64,000 nucleotides of DNA from an uncultured delta proteobacterium (GTDB taxonomy: Bacteria; Desulfobacterota; Desulfomonilia; UBA1062), in NCBI GenBank assembly GCA_963785235.1, contig CAWAUM010000010.1, positions 192,001 through 256,000 on the forward strand, written 5' to 3'. This document shows positions 11,593 through 21,173 of the stretch, piece by piece (positions within the stretch are counted from its first letter, which is position 1; each line of letters begins with the position of its first letter). Below the pieces are notes generated by a model that was given only the letters and a program-made list of their open reading frames with translations, did no database searches and was not told the origin of the DNA. A program made the translations under genes and the position numbers.

Positions 11593-11745
11593 TACTACTA
11601 TGAGTAGTATATTAACCATCGGTTAATATAGTTGTCAAGATCAATACATTTAATATTGCCTGCAATAAAGTTCTATCATACGGATATCCTCTATTTTCCT
11701 TGACAATCCTTTTCCCTGATGTGGTATATTTTACTCATAGTAGCA
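11593..11745. promoter_or_regulatory. Divergent promoter region with candidate TetR operators
   Basis: Palindromes tactactatgagtagta (11593-11609) and tatattaacc-atc-ggttaatata (11608-11630); inverted copy tactcatagtag at 11732; TTGACA on both strands (11633-11638 minus, 11700-11705 plus). Confidence 0.6.
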
Positions 11746-11802
11746 ATATTACCTTTGGTTCATTATAATACTGCACCACGATGATTGAGAAAGAGGGAAC
11801 TG

Positions 11803-12468
11803 ATGCATAAACATCAAGAGGTCATAAAGGATAGGAAAAAGAGAGAAAAGGACCAGCGCATCCAGAGTATTCTTTTCGCAGCCAAAAAGGTCTTCTTCTC
11901 CAAAGGCTACCAGAGAACTACCATGGATGAAATAGCCTTTGAGGCCGAGATCAGCAAACCCACCATCTACCAGTACTTCAGGACAAAAGACGAGCTCTAC
12001 TCGGCACTCATGCTCCCTTTCCTGGAGGAGTTCGGCTCCCATTTTGAAAAGATCGTGAAAAAGCTCGATGCAAGGCGCTATACAACCGGCAAGTCCATTG
12101 TAAAGGATATCTTCAAGGCCTTTCTCAAAAGCTATGAAGCCGCCCCCGATTCACTTCGGGTAGCCAACACCTTTTTTCAGCACGCCGACCTCATAAATGC
12201 ACTTGGCCAGGACACCAGAGTTGAAATCAGCAGAAGAGGCAAATATGACTTTGAGCTTGCCAGGGGTATCCTGGAAAAGGGAATTGCCCTGGGCCTGATA
12301 AAAAAGATCAGTCCCTATGCCCTTTCAGACATCATCTGGGGGCTGCTGCTGGGCATCACCCAGGTCATGGACATGAAGGCAATGGGACATACTGATGCAA
12401 GCAAGTACCTCAAATCAACGCTCTCAGAGGCGGAGAAGCTCCTTGCGTGTGCAATAGTTCTTAAGTGA
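11803..12468 (+). CDS. TetR/AcrR family regulator
   Basis: HTH KGYQRTTMDEIAFEAEISKPTIYQYFRTKDEL. Confidence 0.92.
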   Translation: MHKHQEVIKDRKKREKDQRIQSILFAAKKVFFSKGYQRTTMDEIAFEAEISKPTIYQYFRTKDELYSALMLPFLEEFGSHFEKIVKKLDARRYTTGKSIVKDIFKAFLKSYEAAPDSLRVANTFFQHADLINALGQDTRVEISRRGKYDFELARGILEKGIALGLIKKISPYALSDIIWGLLLGITQVMDMKAMGHTDASKYLKSTLSEAEKLLACAIVLK

Positions 12469-12601
12469 ACTGAATCCTCAACGACAAGGCAAGCAGACAA
12501 TACAAGCAAATGGGCGTCTTTCATCTGCAGGGTGGCTCCTATACAAGCAGCATACAAGACTGCGTCCACCTTAGAGCTTTTTGAACGGCCTCTGCCATAA
12601 T

Positions 12602-13819
12602 TTACCTGGTTCGTCTGGGGCTGAATGTGAGGGCAAAGCGTGTCCCACCTGTGCGGTCAACATTGAACGTGCCCCCAAGCTGGTTCTCGCCGAGCATTCT
12701 TACGAGCATCAGCCCTATTGTCTTTGTCTTTGCCAGGTCCAAGTTTGTGGGTAATCCGATACCGTTGTCAGCCACGATAAGGCTATAGACAGACCCGTTC
12801 CATTCCATTGAAACAGAAAGCTCGCAAGAGTCTGAACCAGGGCGAGGATTATTTCCGGGGAAAGCATATTTGAGGACATTGGTAACCAACTCGTTTACAA
12901 TCAGACCGCAGGCGATGGCAGCATCAAGCTCCAGCTCAACACCCTGTGCTGCCACGGTGTAGCGGAGAGTCCCCGGACCGTTATAGGACAATCGAAGATG
13001 GGTGATCAATGTCTTGAGATAATTCTGAAAGTCAATACGGGAAAGATTCTCAGATTGGTAAAGCTTCTCATGGATGAGCGCCATTGACTCAATTTTGCCA
13101 CCCAACTCGGTCAGAATAGTTTTGGTTGCAGTATCGCCTATCTCTTGACGGTGAAGTCTTAGCAATGCGATGATGGAAGCAAAGTTATTCTTGACCCGGA
13201 GGTGTACCTCCCTCAGGAGGACTTCTTTTTCAGCCAGAGAGACCCGCAGCGAATCCTCCGCCCGCTTACGATCCGTTATGTCCAGAGCAGACATCCGGCA
13301 ATACCGGCCCATACTTTCACCGGCATCCATGACCGACCCTTCCATATGGATATACCTTGGATTGTCTTTCTTGCGGGATAGCAGGACCTCGCAAGTTTCA
13401 TTGGTGTTGCTCTCGTATACTTTTCTGAGAAACAAGAAGAAGTCAGTTTTGTCAGAAACGAAAAGATCGAACTGCCGGTTGATTAAACTCGAACGGTTCT
13501 CCCCCAGAAGGGCCGCGCCTGTGAGGTTGACTTCCCTGATAATACCTTCGTCTGTAAGGGTATAATAGCCCGCAGGGGCAAAGTCATAAAGATCGGAGTA
13601 CTTTTCCAGACTCGCCTCGATCTCTGCACGTGCCTGCAAGAGTTCCTCGTTCTGCATCTCCAGCTCTATCTGATGCACCTGCAACTCATGGAGCAGCTGC
13701 CTCGCTAGTTCTGGCGAGATGTCGCCCTGATCGTTAGATTGTTTCTGCAATCGTTTCTCTGCTTGTTTACGAAGATCAGCTGAACGCTGCCCTAGTGAAT
13801 CTTTTTTAGCCATCACCAT
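12602..13819 (-). CDS. PAS sensor histidine kinase (HisKA_2 type)
   Basis: ELQVHQIELEMQNEEL coiled coil, PAS, EVHLRVKNN H-box, NELVTNVLKYAF, ADNGIG. Confidence 0.9.
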   Translation of the reverse strand: MVMAKKDSLGQRSADLRKQAEKRLQKQSNDQGDISPELARQLLHELQVHQIELEMQNEELLQARAEIEASLEKYSDLYDFAPAGYYTLTDEGIIREVNLTGAALLGENRSSLINRQFDLFVSDKTDFFLFLRKVYESNTNETCEVLLSRKKDNPRYIHMEGSVMDAGESMGRYCRMSALDITDRKRAEDSLRVSLAEKEVLLREVHLRVKNNFASIIALLRLHRQEIGDTATKTILTELGGKIESMALIHEKLYQSENLSRIDFQNYLKTLITHLRLSYNGPGTLRYTVAAQGVELELDAAIACGLIVNELVTNVLKYAFPGNNPRPGSDSCELSVSMEWNGSVYSLIVADNGIGLPTNLDLAKTKTIGLMLVRMLGENQLGGTFNVDRTGGTRFALTFSPRRTR

Positions 13820-14073
13820 CTCTCAGGGTTGTAGTGCCTATACATTCCCGGTCTTAGTGTATCCCCAAGTTATATGCAATGGATCTCTTGAGAACATATG
13901 TTTCAGAACTATATAATAAGAACAAATTTTAAAAAAACAAACTGAATCAGTTGTGTACCAACGTTGAATAATCAACGATCCGTAAGGTACCGGTAATACT
14001 ACATGAAAGCTTCATCATGCCATTTAACGACCTGATTATTTTCCGGAGTTTCGATCATCTTTGCGCAGATAAA

Positions 14074-14350
14074 TGTTATAAGGGACTGTTATAAGGGACG
14101 GGTTCATATTTGATAAGTTTGGGATTAGTTTATTGTGCACCCGCCCCCTATTGTTTCCTAAGGTGTGGTGGGAGTCTTATGGAAAGACCACACCGCCCCA
14201 CCCTTCTCTACTTATACAAAAAATGAGCAAGGATTATTCAATCACCCTGAAAGTTTAATATGAACCCGTCCCCAATTTTTCCCCCAATTTTTCCCAATTT
14301 TTCCCGATTTTTTCGCGATTTTTTCATCGCGATTTTTTACGATTTTTTAC
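14074..14350. mobile_element. MITE/REP-like element with 16-bp terminal IRs and degenerating tandem tail
   Basis: gggacgggttcatatt (14095-14110) / aatatgaacccgtccc (14257-14272); 13-bp tandem tgttataagggac x2 on left; cccaattttt-type repeats 14271-14350. Confidence 0.6.
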
Positions 14351-15594
14351 TCTTCAGGTACGCCGACCGATAGTTGCCGCGGCTGTCCGATAAACGCAGT
14401 CACCATGAGCGCCCCTATGGAAATGGCAAAAAGGAGCGTCACTGCATTCGCATACGAGGCTGTTGCGTCGTATATCTTTCCCAGCAGCACAGAACCAACG
14501 GCCAGCCCGATAACCTGAAAAAGGCCGATGATCCCGATGAGCTTGCTGAAGTGCTCCACCCCGAACTTTTCTCCTATGAAAAGGGGCATCAGGGTGACGA
14601 ACGAGCCCAGGGCAAGGCCATAGAACATCACGAAACCCCACACAAACCAGCTCATACCGGCAATCATCATGACAGACCCTAAACCCATGATGTGCAGCAG
14701 CCAGCTCACTAGCAGGAGGTGCTTCTTGGAAACCTTGTCTGAGAGATATCCGAACACTATCCTTCCCAGCACACTTACCCCCAGGGTTAAACTCCACATC
14801 ATGTTTGCCTGGTCGACCCCATAGCTCCTGAACAGGGCAATGGCATGCATGGTCAGCCCCCCTAGGATAATGCTGAAAAGGGCCATGATCAGGCATGCCA
14901 GTTTAAAGGGCAGCGTCCTGAAGGCCTCTTTCACTGTGAAACCCTTATGTTTCTGCGATACGGATATCTCAGAAACCGAAGCGGCTATGCCGTCCGGCAC
15001 CAAACCGAGCTCTTCGGGCCTGTTCCTGATCACGATAAGGATCACGGGCACCACTATTCCCAGGACGAGCCCTCCCAGCAGGCGGTATGTCCAGCGCCAT
15101 CCATAGGCTTCATTCGCTACGCTGGCAATAAAGACCATGGCCATTCCGCCAAGCCCGATGCCGGTCATGATCATTCCCATGGCAGTGCCCCTGCGCCTGT
15201 CGAACCAGTGCGAGATGATCGTCTGGCTCGGTACCAGCCCGACGCTTGCCAGCCCTACAGCCATGATGATGTAGATGGCGTAATACTGCCACAAGGCCTG
15301 AATGAAGCTCGCCAGGATCAGCCCGGTACCTGTCACCAGGGCCCCGAATAGCTGTACCTTCTTGACGCCCAGGCGTGCCACTGCCATGCCGACTACCGGG
15401 CTCAAGAGCCCCACCAGGAGTGCGGCAATGGTGAAGCCCAGTGAGATCTGCGTTCTGCTCCAGCCTGTTGCCTGCTGGATGGGCTCGAGAAAGACTGAAA
15501 CCGTGTAAAAACCCGAACACAGACCGACAAACAGAACTACGAAGGTTGCCGCGGCAATCTTCCATCCGTAAAACGATTCCACCCTGCTCTGCAT
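14347..15594 (-). CDS. MFS transporter (OFA/monocarboxylate-like)
   Basis: Many hydrophobic segments; FYGWKI, ISHWFDRRRGTAMG, GRIVFGYLSDK. Confidence 0.9.
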   Translation of the reverse strand: MQSRVESFYGWKIAAATFVVLFVGLCSGFYTVSVFLEPIQQATGWSRTQISLGFTIAALLVGLLSPVVGMAVARLGVKKVQLFGALVTGTGLILASFIQALWQYYAIYIIMAVGLASVGLVPSQTIISHWFDRRRGTAMGMIMTGIGLGGMAMVFIASVANEAYGWRWTYRLLGGLVLGIVVPVILIVIRNRPEELGLVPDGIAASVSEISVSQKHKGFTVKEAFRTLPFKLACLIMALFSIILGGLTMHAIALFRSYGVDQANMMWSLTLGVSVLGRIVFGYLSDKVSKKHLLLVSWLLHIMGLGSVMMIAGMSWFVWGFVMFYGLALGSFVTLMPLFIGEKFGVEHFSKLIGIIGLFQVIGLAVGSVLLGKIYDATASYANAVTLLFAISIGALMVTAFIGQPRQLSVGVPEE

Positions 15595-15636
15595 CAAAAA
15601 CCCCCTACTTTCACAGAATTTAAAACATCTTTTCTG

Positions 15637-15754
15637 AGCCAATTGCAAAACTCAAAAAAATGGTCAACCCCTCGAAAGCATGTGCCCAAATTTCTTAAAA
15701 AGACTGGATTCCCGCTTTCGCGGGAATGACAATCTTGGGCTTTTGCAATTGGCT
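15637..15754. repeat. Small IR element containing a REP-like hairpin
   Basis: agccaattgcaaaa / ttttgcaattggct 14-bp IR enclosing ctggattcccgc-tttc-gcgggaatgac. Confidence 0.7.
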
Positions 15755-15847
15755 TTTACTGTATAGAATAATTCACAGTACTTAGATTACAAGCTGGAGA
15801 AGCAGAGATGGTCCGAAAAAATTGAGACAAGTTCCCTAAGTCTTGAG

Positions 15848-16563
15848 CTATTCAGGTTCGCTTTGCTCAGCCCAACCTGCATCACCGGTCACTTTCCTGA
15901 GTGTTCTCGTGAAACTTTCCTGAAAATCACCCGCCTGCTCCATGTGCTCCAGGGCATAGTCCCGGTAGGTGGGGTCACCGGTTTTGAAATACCTCTGTCT
16001 TTCCTGAAGGGACTCTAACCAGGTGATCATCTGCAGGGTCTTGATCTCACAGAGATGGACAAGGGAGCGCTCCGGTGTGCGCATACCCCACCAGGCCCGA
16101 TACAGATAGCGTACCACTTCCATGGAGGTGCGGGCTTCTTTCAGAATATTTTTTCCTCAGGCCTTTCAGTTCATCCTTTTTCCCGGGTATACGCCCTTAC
16201 CAGTTCAAACTCATTGAATTCTTCTTCATATGCATTGTCTTCAGCCAGGAGGTCTTCCTCACTGTCCAGCAGCCAGCTGACGTATGTCCAGAAGCGCCTC
16301 AGGGCATCATGGTGCATCTCCGACTCAAGAGGGGAAAATTGCCCTTCCGTTATGGAACTCACATCGGACAGCAAAAGGGGTTCTCCCCCCTCACACAGAT
16401 GGACTCTTGATTTCTCGATCCAGTAGCATGATGTCTGTATGGTCTTGTCTTTGTAGGTAATGCGGTATTCGGCCTTGGCAGCTGCGGGCATGATAAGCCA
16501 GATCAAAAGGATTGTTACAATCAGGTTGAGGGAGCATCCATTACTCTTCAAGGGAACAATCAT
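15848..16563 (-). CDS. Hypothetical exported protein, probably one frameshifted gene
   Basis: Signal-like N-terminus ending AAAKA; ORFs 16171-16563 and 15848-16123 in tandem with a homopolymer near 16180. Confidence 0.5.
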
Positions 16564-16626
16564 CCTCTACGCAAGGTAAAAGTCAAGTCCGGTGAAGGAG
16601 CCACAGCAGGGCCTGTCTTGAGGTAA

Positions 16627-18981
16627 TTACTGCCGCAGTTCTATGCCGAGATCCGTCTGGAGCGATTTTATGATTCCGCCCTGCCATTCATTGATCATGG
16701 CATCTTCCAAGGTGCGGACATCCGACTGGTAGGTGATGCGGATAGTAATGCCCTTCTTGCCTGCGGGCAGCTTCTCGCCGGTGTACAGGTCCACTGCGGC
16801 AACCTGCCGGATCTCGCCGATCCCTTTTGCCTGTATGGCCTTTACGATATCCGTGTATGCAATCCTATCATCCACAACCATGGAGAGGTCTCTCCAGGTG
16901 GATGGAAACTTCGGGATCTCCCTGAGTCCCGGCCACTTCTTCTCGAGTATGGCTTCCATGGACAATTCCAGGGCATAGATATCGCCCTCAATGTCGAGCA
17001 TGGTGAGGATATCGCCATGCAGGCAGCCCATGGTGCCCATGGCCTGAAAATCCTTGAACACATCCGCCTGGTACCCGGCCTTGTAGAAGGGATGGTTCGA
17101 AGGCTTCAGCTCTATAGCGCCAAGCAGCTTCTCTGCGAGCCCCTTGATGTCGTAGAAATCCACTGCCCTGCCCTTTTCCGACCAGTGGCTATCAAAACGC
17201 TGGCCCGTCATGGCAATGCCGAGCCTCAGATATTCATCCGGCAGCTTTTGAGAGACATTGGGGAGGAAGCACTTGCCGATCTCAAAGATTGCAATGTCAC
17301 GCACTGAGAGCTTCCTGTTGCGTTCGATGGCGCCTGCAAGCCCGGGCAGGAGAGACATGCGCATTACCTTCATCTCATCGGATATGGGGTTTAAAAGATC
17401 AAGGGTATCTGCTGCGAATATTACCTTCCAGCGGGGCGCAATAAAGGAATAGGTTACCACCTCGGTTAATCCGGTGGCGGCAAGGCCCAGCCTGAGATTG
17501 TAAATGCCATTGACCCCTGATGCCGCCTTGTCGGGTCTGTACGAGGGGAGTTCCGGCTCCACCTTGTCCATGCCGTAGACCCTTATGAACTCTTCCACCA
17601 GGTCGATCTCCCGGCCAAGGTCATGCCTGAAAACAGGCACTGATATTATCCAGCCTGCTTCGTCGCCCCTGACCTCACAGCCAAGCCCTGTGAAAATGCG
17701 CTCCACATCCGCAGCATTGATGCCGGTGATCCCGAGAACCTTTTCCAGATATGACTTTCTGAGTTTCACTTCTTTCTTTTCATAATTGAAATAATTCACG
17801 TCCATGACGCCCTTAAACACCTTGGCATCTGCAAACTGCGGCATGAGCCATGCAGCGCGGTCAGCGGCCTCAACCTGGATGGAAGGGTCAATGCCCCGCT
17901 CGAACCGGTAGGATGCCTCGGTGGAAAGGCCTAATCCCTTGGAGGTTCGCTGAATGCCTTTCGGGTCGAAAAAGGCGCTCTCCAAAACAACACTGCTCGT
18001 GGTGGACAGGACCTCGGAATTCTCCCCGCCCATAATGCCTGCAAGTGCCACAGGCTTTTGTCTGTCGCAGATGAGGAGGTCTTCGGCGCGCAGTGTCCTT
18101 TCAACCGAGTCCAGGGTGACGAAGACCTCGCCTTCTTTTGCCTTGCGAACCACAATTCCGTTACCGGCAACCAGGGTGGAATCAAAGGCGTGGAGAGGCT
18201 GGCCGTATTCCAGCATGACATAGTTGGTGATATCCACCACATTGCTGATGGCCCGAACCCCTGAGGTGAACAGGCGGTTGCGCATGGTAAAGGGGCTCTT
18301 CTTTATGACAATGCCGTTCATGAAACGTGCCGAGTAGCGCGGGCACCCTTCGGGTGAAAGGATGTCCACGGTCAGGACCGATTCCACGGGCGCATCTTCT
18401 TCCTTGATGGTGAATTCCGGCTTCTTGAGCTTCCGGCCGAAGAGCGCTGCAAGCTCGCGGGCAACGCCCACGACCGAAAGGCAGTCGCCCCTGTTGGGCG
18501 TGACGTTCACCTCAAGCACCCAGTCCTCAAGGTTTAAGGCATCAACAAGCACGTCACCCGGCTTGGTATCCACATCAAATTCCATGATGCCGGTATGGTC
18601 GTCGGTAAGCCCGAGCTCCCGCTCGGAGAGCAGTACGCCGAACGACTCAACGCCGCGGATCTTGGCCTTTTTCACGAGCATGCCCGGGCCCAGGTCGCAT
18701 CCCACCGGCGCGAAGGCGCTCATCATGCCCGCCCTCGTGTTCGGGGCTCCGCATACCACCTGAAGGCTTTCCCTGCCGGTATCCACTGTGCAGACAAAGA
18801 GCTTGTCGGCATCCGGGTGTTTCCTGGCCTCAACGACACGGGCGCAGATGACCTCCTTCGGGACGCTCTGATGGGTGATGTCCTCCACCTCGGTGCCGCT
18901 CATGGTGAGTGCCGAGGCAGCCGTATATGCATCCACATCGATGTCGACGAATTCCTTGATCCAGTTGTAGCTGATCTTCAT
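16627..18981 (-). CDS. pheT: Phenylalanine-tRNA ligase beta subunit
   Basis: MKISYNWIKEFV, VVCGAPN, TPNRGDCLS, GQPLHAFD, ASYRFERGID. Confidence 0.97.
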   Translation of the reverse strand: MKISYNWIKEFVDIDVDAYTAASALTMSGTEVEDITHQSVPKEVICARVVEARKHPDADKLFVCTVDTGRESLQVVCGAPNTRAGMMSAFAPVGCDLGPGMLVKKAKIRGVESFGVLLSERELGLTDDHTGIMEFDVDTKPGDVLVDALNLEDWVLEVNVTPNRGDCLSVVGVARELAALFGRKLKKPEFTIKEEDAPVESVLTVDILSPEGCPRYSARFMNGIVIKKSPFTMRNRLFTSGVRAISNVVDITNYVMLEYGQPLHAFDSTLVAGNGIVVRKAKEGEVFVTLDSVERTLRAEDLLICDRQKPVALAGIMGGENSEVLSTTSSVVLESAFFDPKGIQRTSKGLGLSTEASYRFERGIDPSIQVEAADRAAWLMPQFADAKVFKGVMDVNYFNYEKKEVKLRKSYLEKVLGITGINAADVERIFTGLGCEVRGDEAGWIISVPVFRHDLGREIDLVEEFIRVYGMDKVEPELPSYRPDKAASGVNGIYNLRLGLAATGLTEVVTYSFIAPRWKVIFAADTLDLLNPISDEMKVMRMSLLPGLAGAIERNRKLSVRDIAIFEIGKCFLPNVSQKLPDEYLRLGIAMTGQRFDSHWSEKGRAVDFYDIKGLAEKLLGAIELKPSNHPFYKAGYQADVFKDFQAMGTMGCLHGDILTMLDIEGDIYALELSMEAILEKKWPGLREIPKFPSTWRDLSMVVDDRIAYTDIVKAIQAKGIGEIRQVAAVDLYTGEKLPAGKKGITIRITYQSDVRTLEDAMINEWQGGIIKSLQTDLGIELRQ

Positions 18982-18991
18982 GACATGCCCT

Positions 18992-19996
18992 TTAAGCGAA
19001 CTGGCTTAAAAACCTCAGATCAGAGTCATAGAAGAGCCTGATATCGTCAATGCTGTACTTGAGCATGGCAACACGCTCTACACCCAGGCCGAAGGCGAAT
19101 CCCGTGACCTTTTCCGGGTCGATACCCACGAAACGGTACACCTCCGGGTCCACCATGCCGCAGCCCAATATCTCGAGCCATCCGGTATTTTTGCACACCC
19201 TGCACCCCTTGCCCTTGCAGATGATGCAGCCCATGTCCACCTCTGCGGACGGCTCGGTGAAGGGGAAGAACGATGCCCGGAAGCGTAGTGGGATATCCGG
19301 CCCGAACAGGGTGTGGATGAACTCGTAAAGCACGCCCTTTAAGTGCGCGAAGGTGATGCCCTCTTCCACCCAGAGACCCTCCACCTGGTGGAACATGGGG
19401 CTGTGGCTGACGTCGAAATCGCACCGGTAGACCTTCCCCGGTGCGATTATGCGCACCGGCAGGCCCTGTGACTCCATCACCCTGATCTGAACGGGAGAGG
19501 TATGGGTGCGCAGCAGCACGCCCTTGTTGAAATAGAAGGTGTCCTGCATGTCGCGGGCAGGGTGATTTTCAGGGATATTGAGCGCCTCGAAGTTGTGGTA
19601 GTCGTCCTCCACCTCGGGGCCGGATGCGATGGTAAATCCGAGGTTCCGGAAGATTTCCTCGAGCTCGCCCATGACCTGGTTGATGACGTGTATGGAGCCC
19701 CGCTTGAAGATCCGGCCCGGCAGCGTTACATCGATGCCTTCGACCGGCTTATCTGTGGCAAAGCTCAATGCCTTATCATCAAGGGCCTGCTCCATGAAGA
19801 CCTTGAGCTGGTTTGAAAGGGCGCCCATGCGGGGTCGCTCATCAGGCCCAAGAGAACCCATTTGACGCAGAATGCCCGTGAGTCTGCCCTTCCGGCCCAG
19901 ATACTGGATCCGTAACGGCTCGATCTCATCGGGCTTACTGATGTGTCCCAGGTCCTCTAAGAACGCCTTTTGAAGTTCTTCGAGCTGTGTTTCCAT
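18992..19996 (-). CDS. pheS: Phenylalanine-tRNA ligase alpha subunit
   Basis: HPARDMQDTFY, LLRTHTSPVQIR, FFPFTEPSAE, GFAFGLGVER. Confidence 0.97.
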   Translation of the reverse strand: METQLEELQKAFLEDLGHISKPDEIEPLRIQYLGRKGRLTGILRQMGSLGPDERPRMGALSNQLKVFMEQALDDKALSFATDKPVEGIDVTLPGRIFKRGSIHVINQVMGELEEIFRNLGFTIASGPEVEDDYHNFEALNIPENHPARDMQDTFYFNKGVLLRTHTSPVQIRVMESQGLPVRIIAPGKVYRCDFDVSHSPMFHQVEGLWVEEGITFAHLKGVLYEFIHTLFGPDIPLRFRASFFPFTEPSAEVDMGCIICKGKGCRVCKNTGWLEILGCGMVDPEVYRFVGIDPEKVTGFAFGLGVERVAMLKYSIDDIRLFYDSDLRFLSQFA

Positions 19997-20345
19997 CTAT
20001 GACCTGAGAAACAGATTCCAGGATACGGGTGAATCCCTTGGGATCGGTGATGGCAAGATCCGCTAGAACCTTCCTGTCAAGCTCTACACTGGCCTTCTTC
20101 AGGGCATTGATGAACCTGGAATACGTAAATCCGCGCGCCCTGACGGCTGCGCTGATTCGTGCAATCCACAGGCGTCTGAATTCCCTCTTGCGTTGGCGCC
20201 TGTCACGGTACGCATATGCAAGTCCTTTGTTGGCCGATTCCTGGGCTACCCTGACAAGGTTTCTTCTCCCACCGAAGTAGCCCTTGGTGAGCTTGTGAAC
20301 CCTGACTCTCTTTCTCTTTCCTACAACACCACGTTTTACTCGCAT
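19935..20345 (-). CDS. rplT: 50S ribosomal protein L20 (true stop probably near 19997)
   Basis: MRVKRG, YAYRDRRQRKREFRRLWIARI, LDRKVLADLA. Confidence 0.95.
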   Translation of the reverse strand: MRVKRGVVGKRKRVRVHKLTKGYFGGRRNLVRVAQESANKGLAYAYRDRRQRKREFRRLWIARISAAVRARGFTYSRFINALKKASVELDRKVLADLAITDPKGFTRILESVSQVIDGNTARRTSKGVLRGPGTHQ

Positions 20346-20359
20346 GTCCCTTACACCTC

Positions 20360-20554
20360 TTACAGATACGGCAGCTGCTGCCTCACGCCGGCCACATTCG
20401 CAGAATGCACAAGTCCGGACTTCCGGAGATTCCTCTTCTGCTTGGTTGACTTACAGGAAAGGAGGTGCCTTTTATAGGCCTTGTTCCTCTTTATCTTCCC
20501 TGTGCCGGTCACTGAGAACCGCTTTGCTGCACTCCGATTTGTTTTCAGTTTCAT
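20360..20554 (-). CDS. rpmI: 50S ribosomal protein L35
   Basis: [23 protein letters not shown]. Confidence 0.95.
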   Translation of the reverse strand: MKLKTNRSAAKRFSVTGTGKIKRNKAYKRHLLSCKSTKQKRNLRKSGLVHSANVAGVRQQLPYL

Positions 20555-20570
20555 CTTCCACTCCTCATAT

Positions 20571-21108
20571 CTACTTCGGGGCCAGCATCATCACCATGGT
20601 CCGGCCTTCCGAGCGCGGCTCGCGTCTCGACAATGGCCTTATCCGCCAGATCGTCCCGCACCCTGATAAGCATCTCGAGTCCTTTGTCCATGTGTATGAT
20701 CTCTCTGCCCCTGAACCGCATCACCACTTTTACCTTATTCTTTTCCTCCAGGAACCGCAGGATATGCTTTACCTTAAACAGGTAGTCATGCTCGTCGGTC
20801 TTGGGCCGGAACTTTATCTCCTTGATAACGATGACCGTCTGCTTCTTCCTGGCAACAGCCTCACGTTTCGACTGCTCGTACTTAAATTTGCCGTATTCCA
20901 TGATACGGCAAACAGGGGGCGTTGCAGTGGGTGCCACCTCAACGAGATCCATGCCCTGTTCCTGAGCAGCTTGAAGGGCCGCAGGTACGGTCATGATTCC
21001 CAGTTGCTGTCCATCAGCAGAGATAATCCTGACACTATCAGCAACGATTCGCTCGTTAACCCTTATCCTGTCCTTCTCGTTCGGTCTGAAAAAGCCGTTC
21101 CTAGCTAT
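20571..21108 (-). CDS. infC: Translation initiation factor IF-3 with ATA start, frameshift near 20615
   Basis: GGAGG-gtcgc-ATA then [20 protein letters not shown] in frame with [27 protein letters not shown]; ends [11 protein letters not shown]. Confidence 0.93.
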
Positions 21109-21173
21109 GCGACCCTCCAGAAAATTTAGTTTAAGCGCTTTTCTAACCTAGCATGTATTTGTTGTCAATACGT

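Noticed and set aside
14271-14350. Tandem repeats as a CRISPR array
   Set aside because: Units are about 10-14 nt, low complexity, have no spacers, and no cas genes are present.
19935-19996. C-terminal extension of L20 overlapping pheS
   Set aside because: A TAG lies directly before the pheS ATG in another frame; a 1-nt indel explains the read-through.
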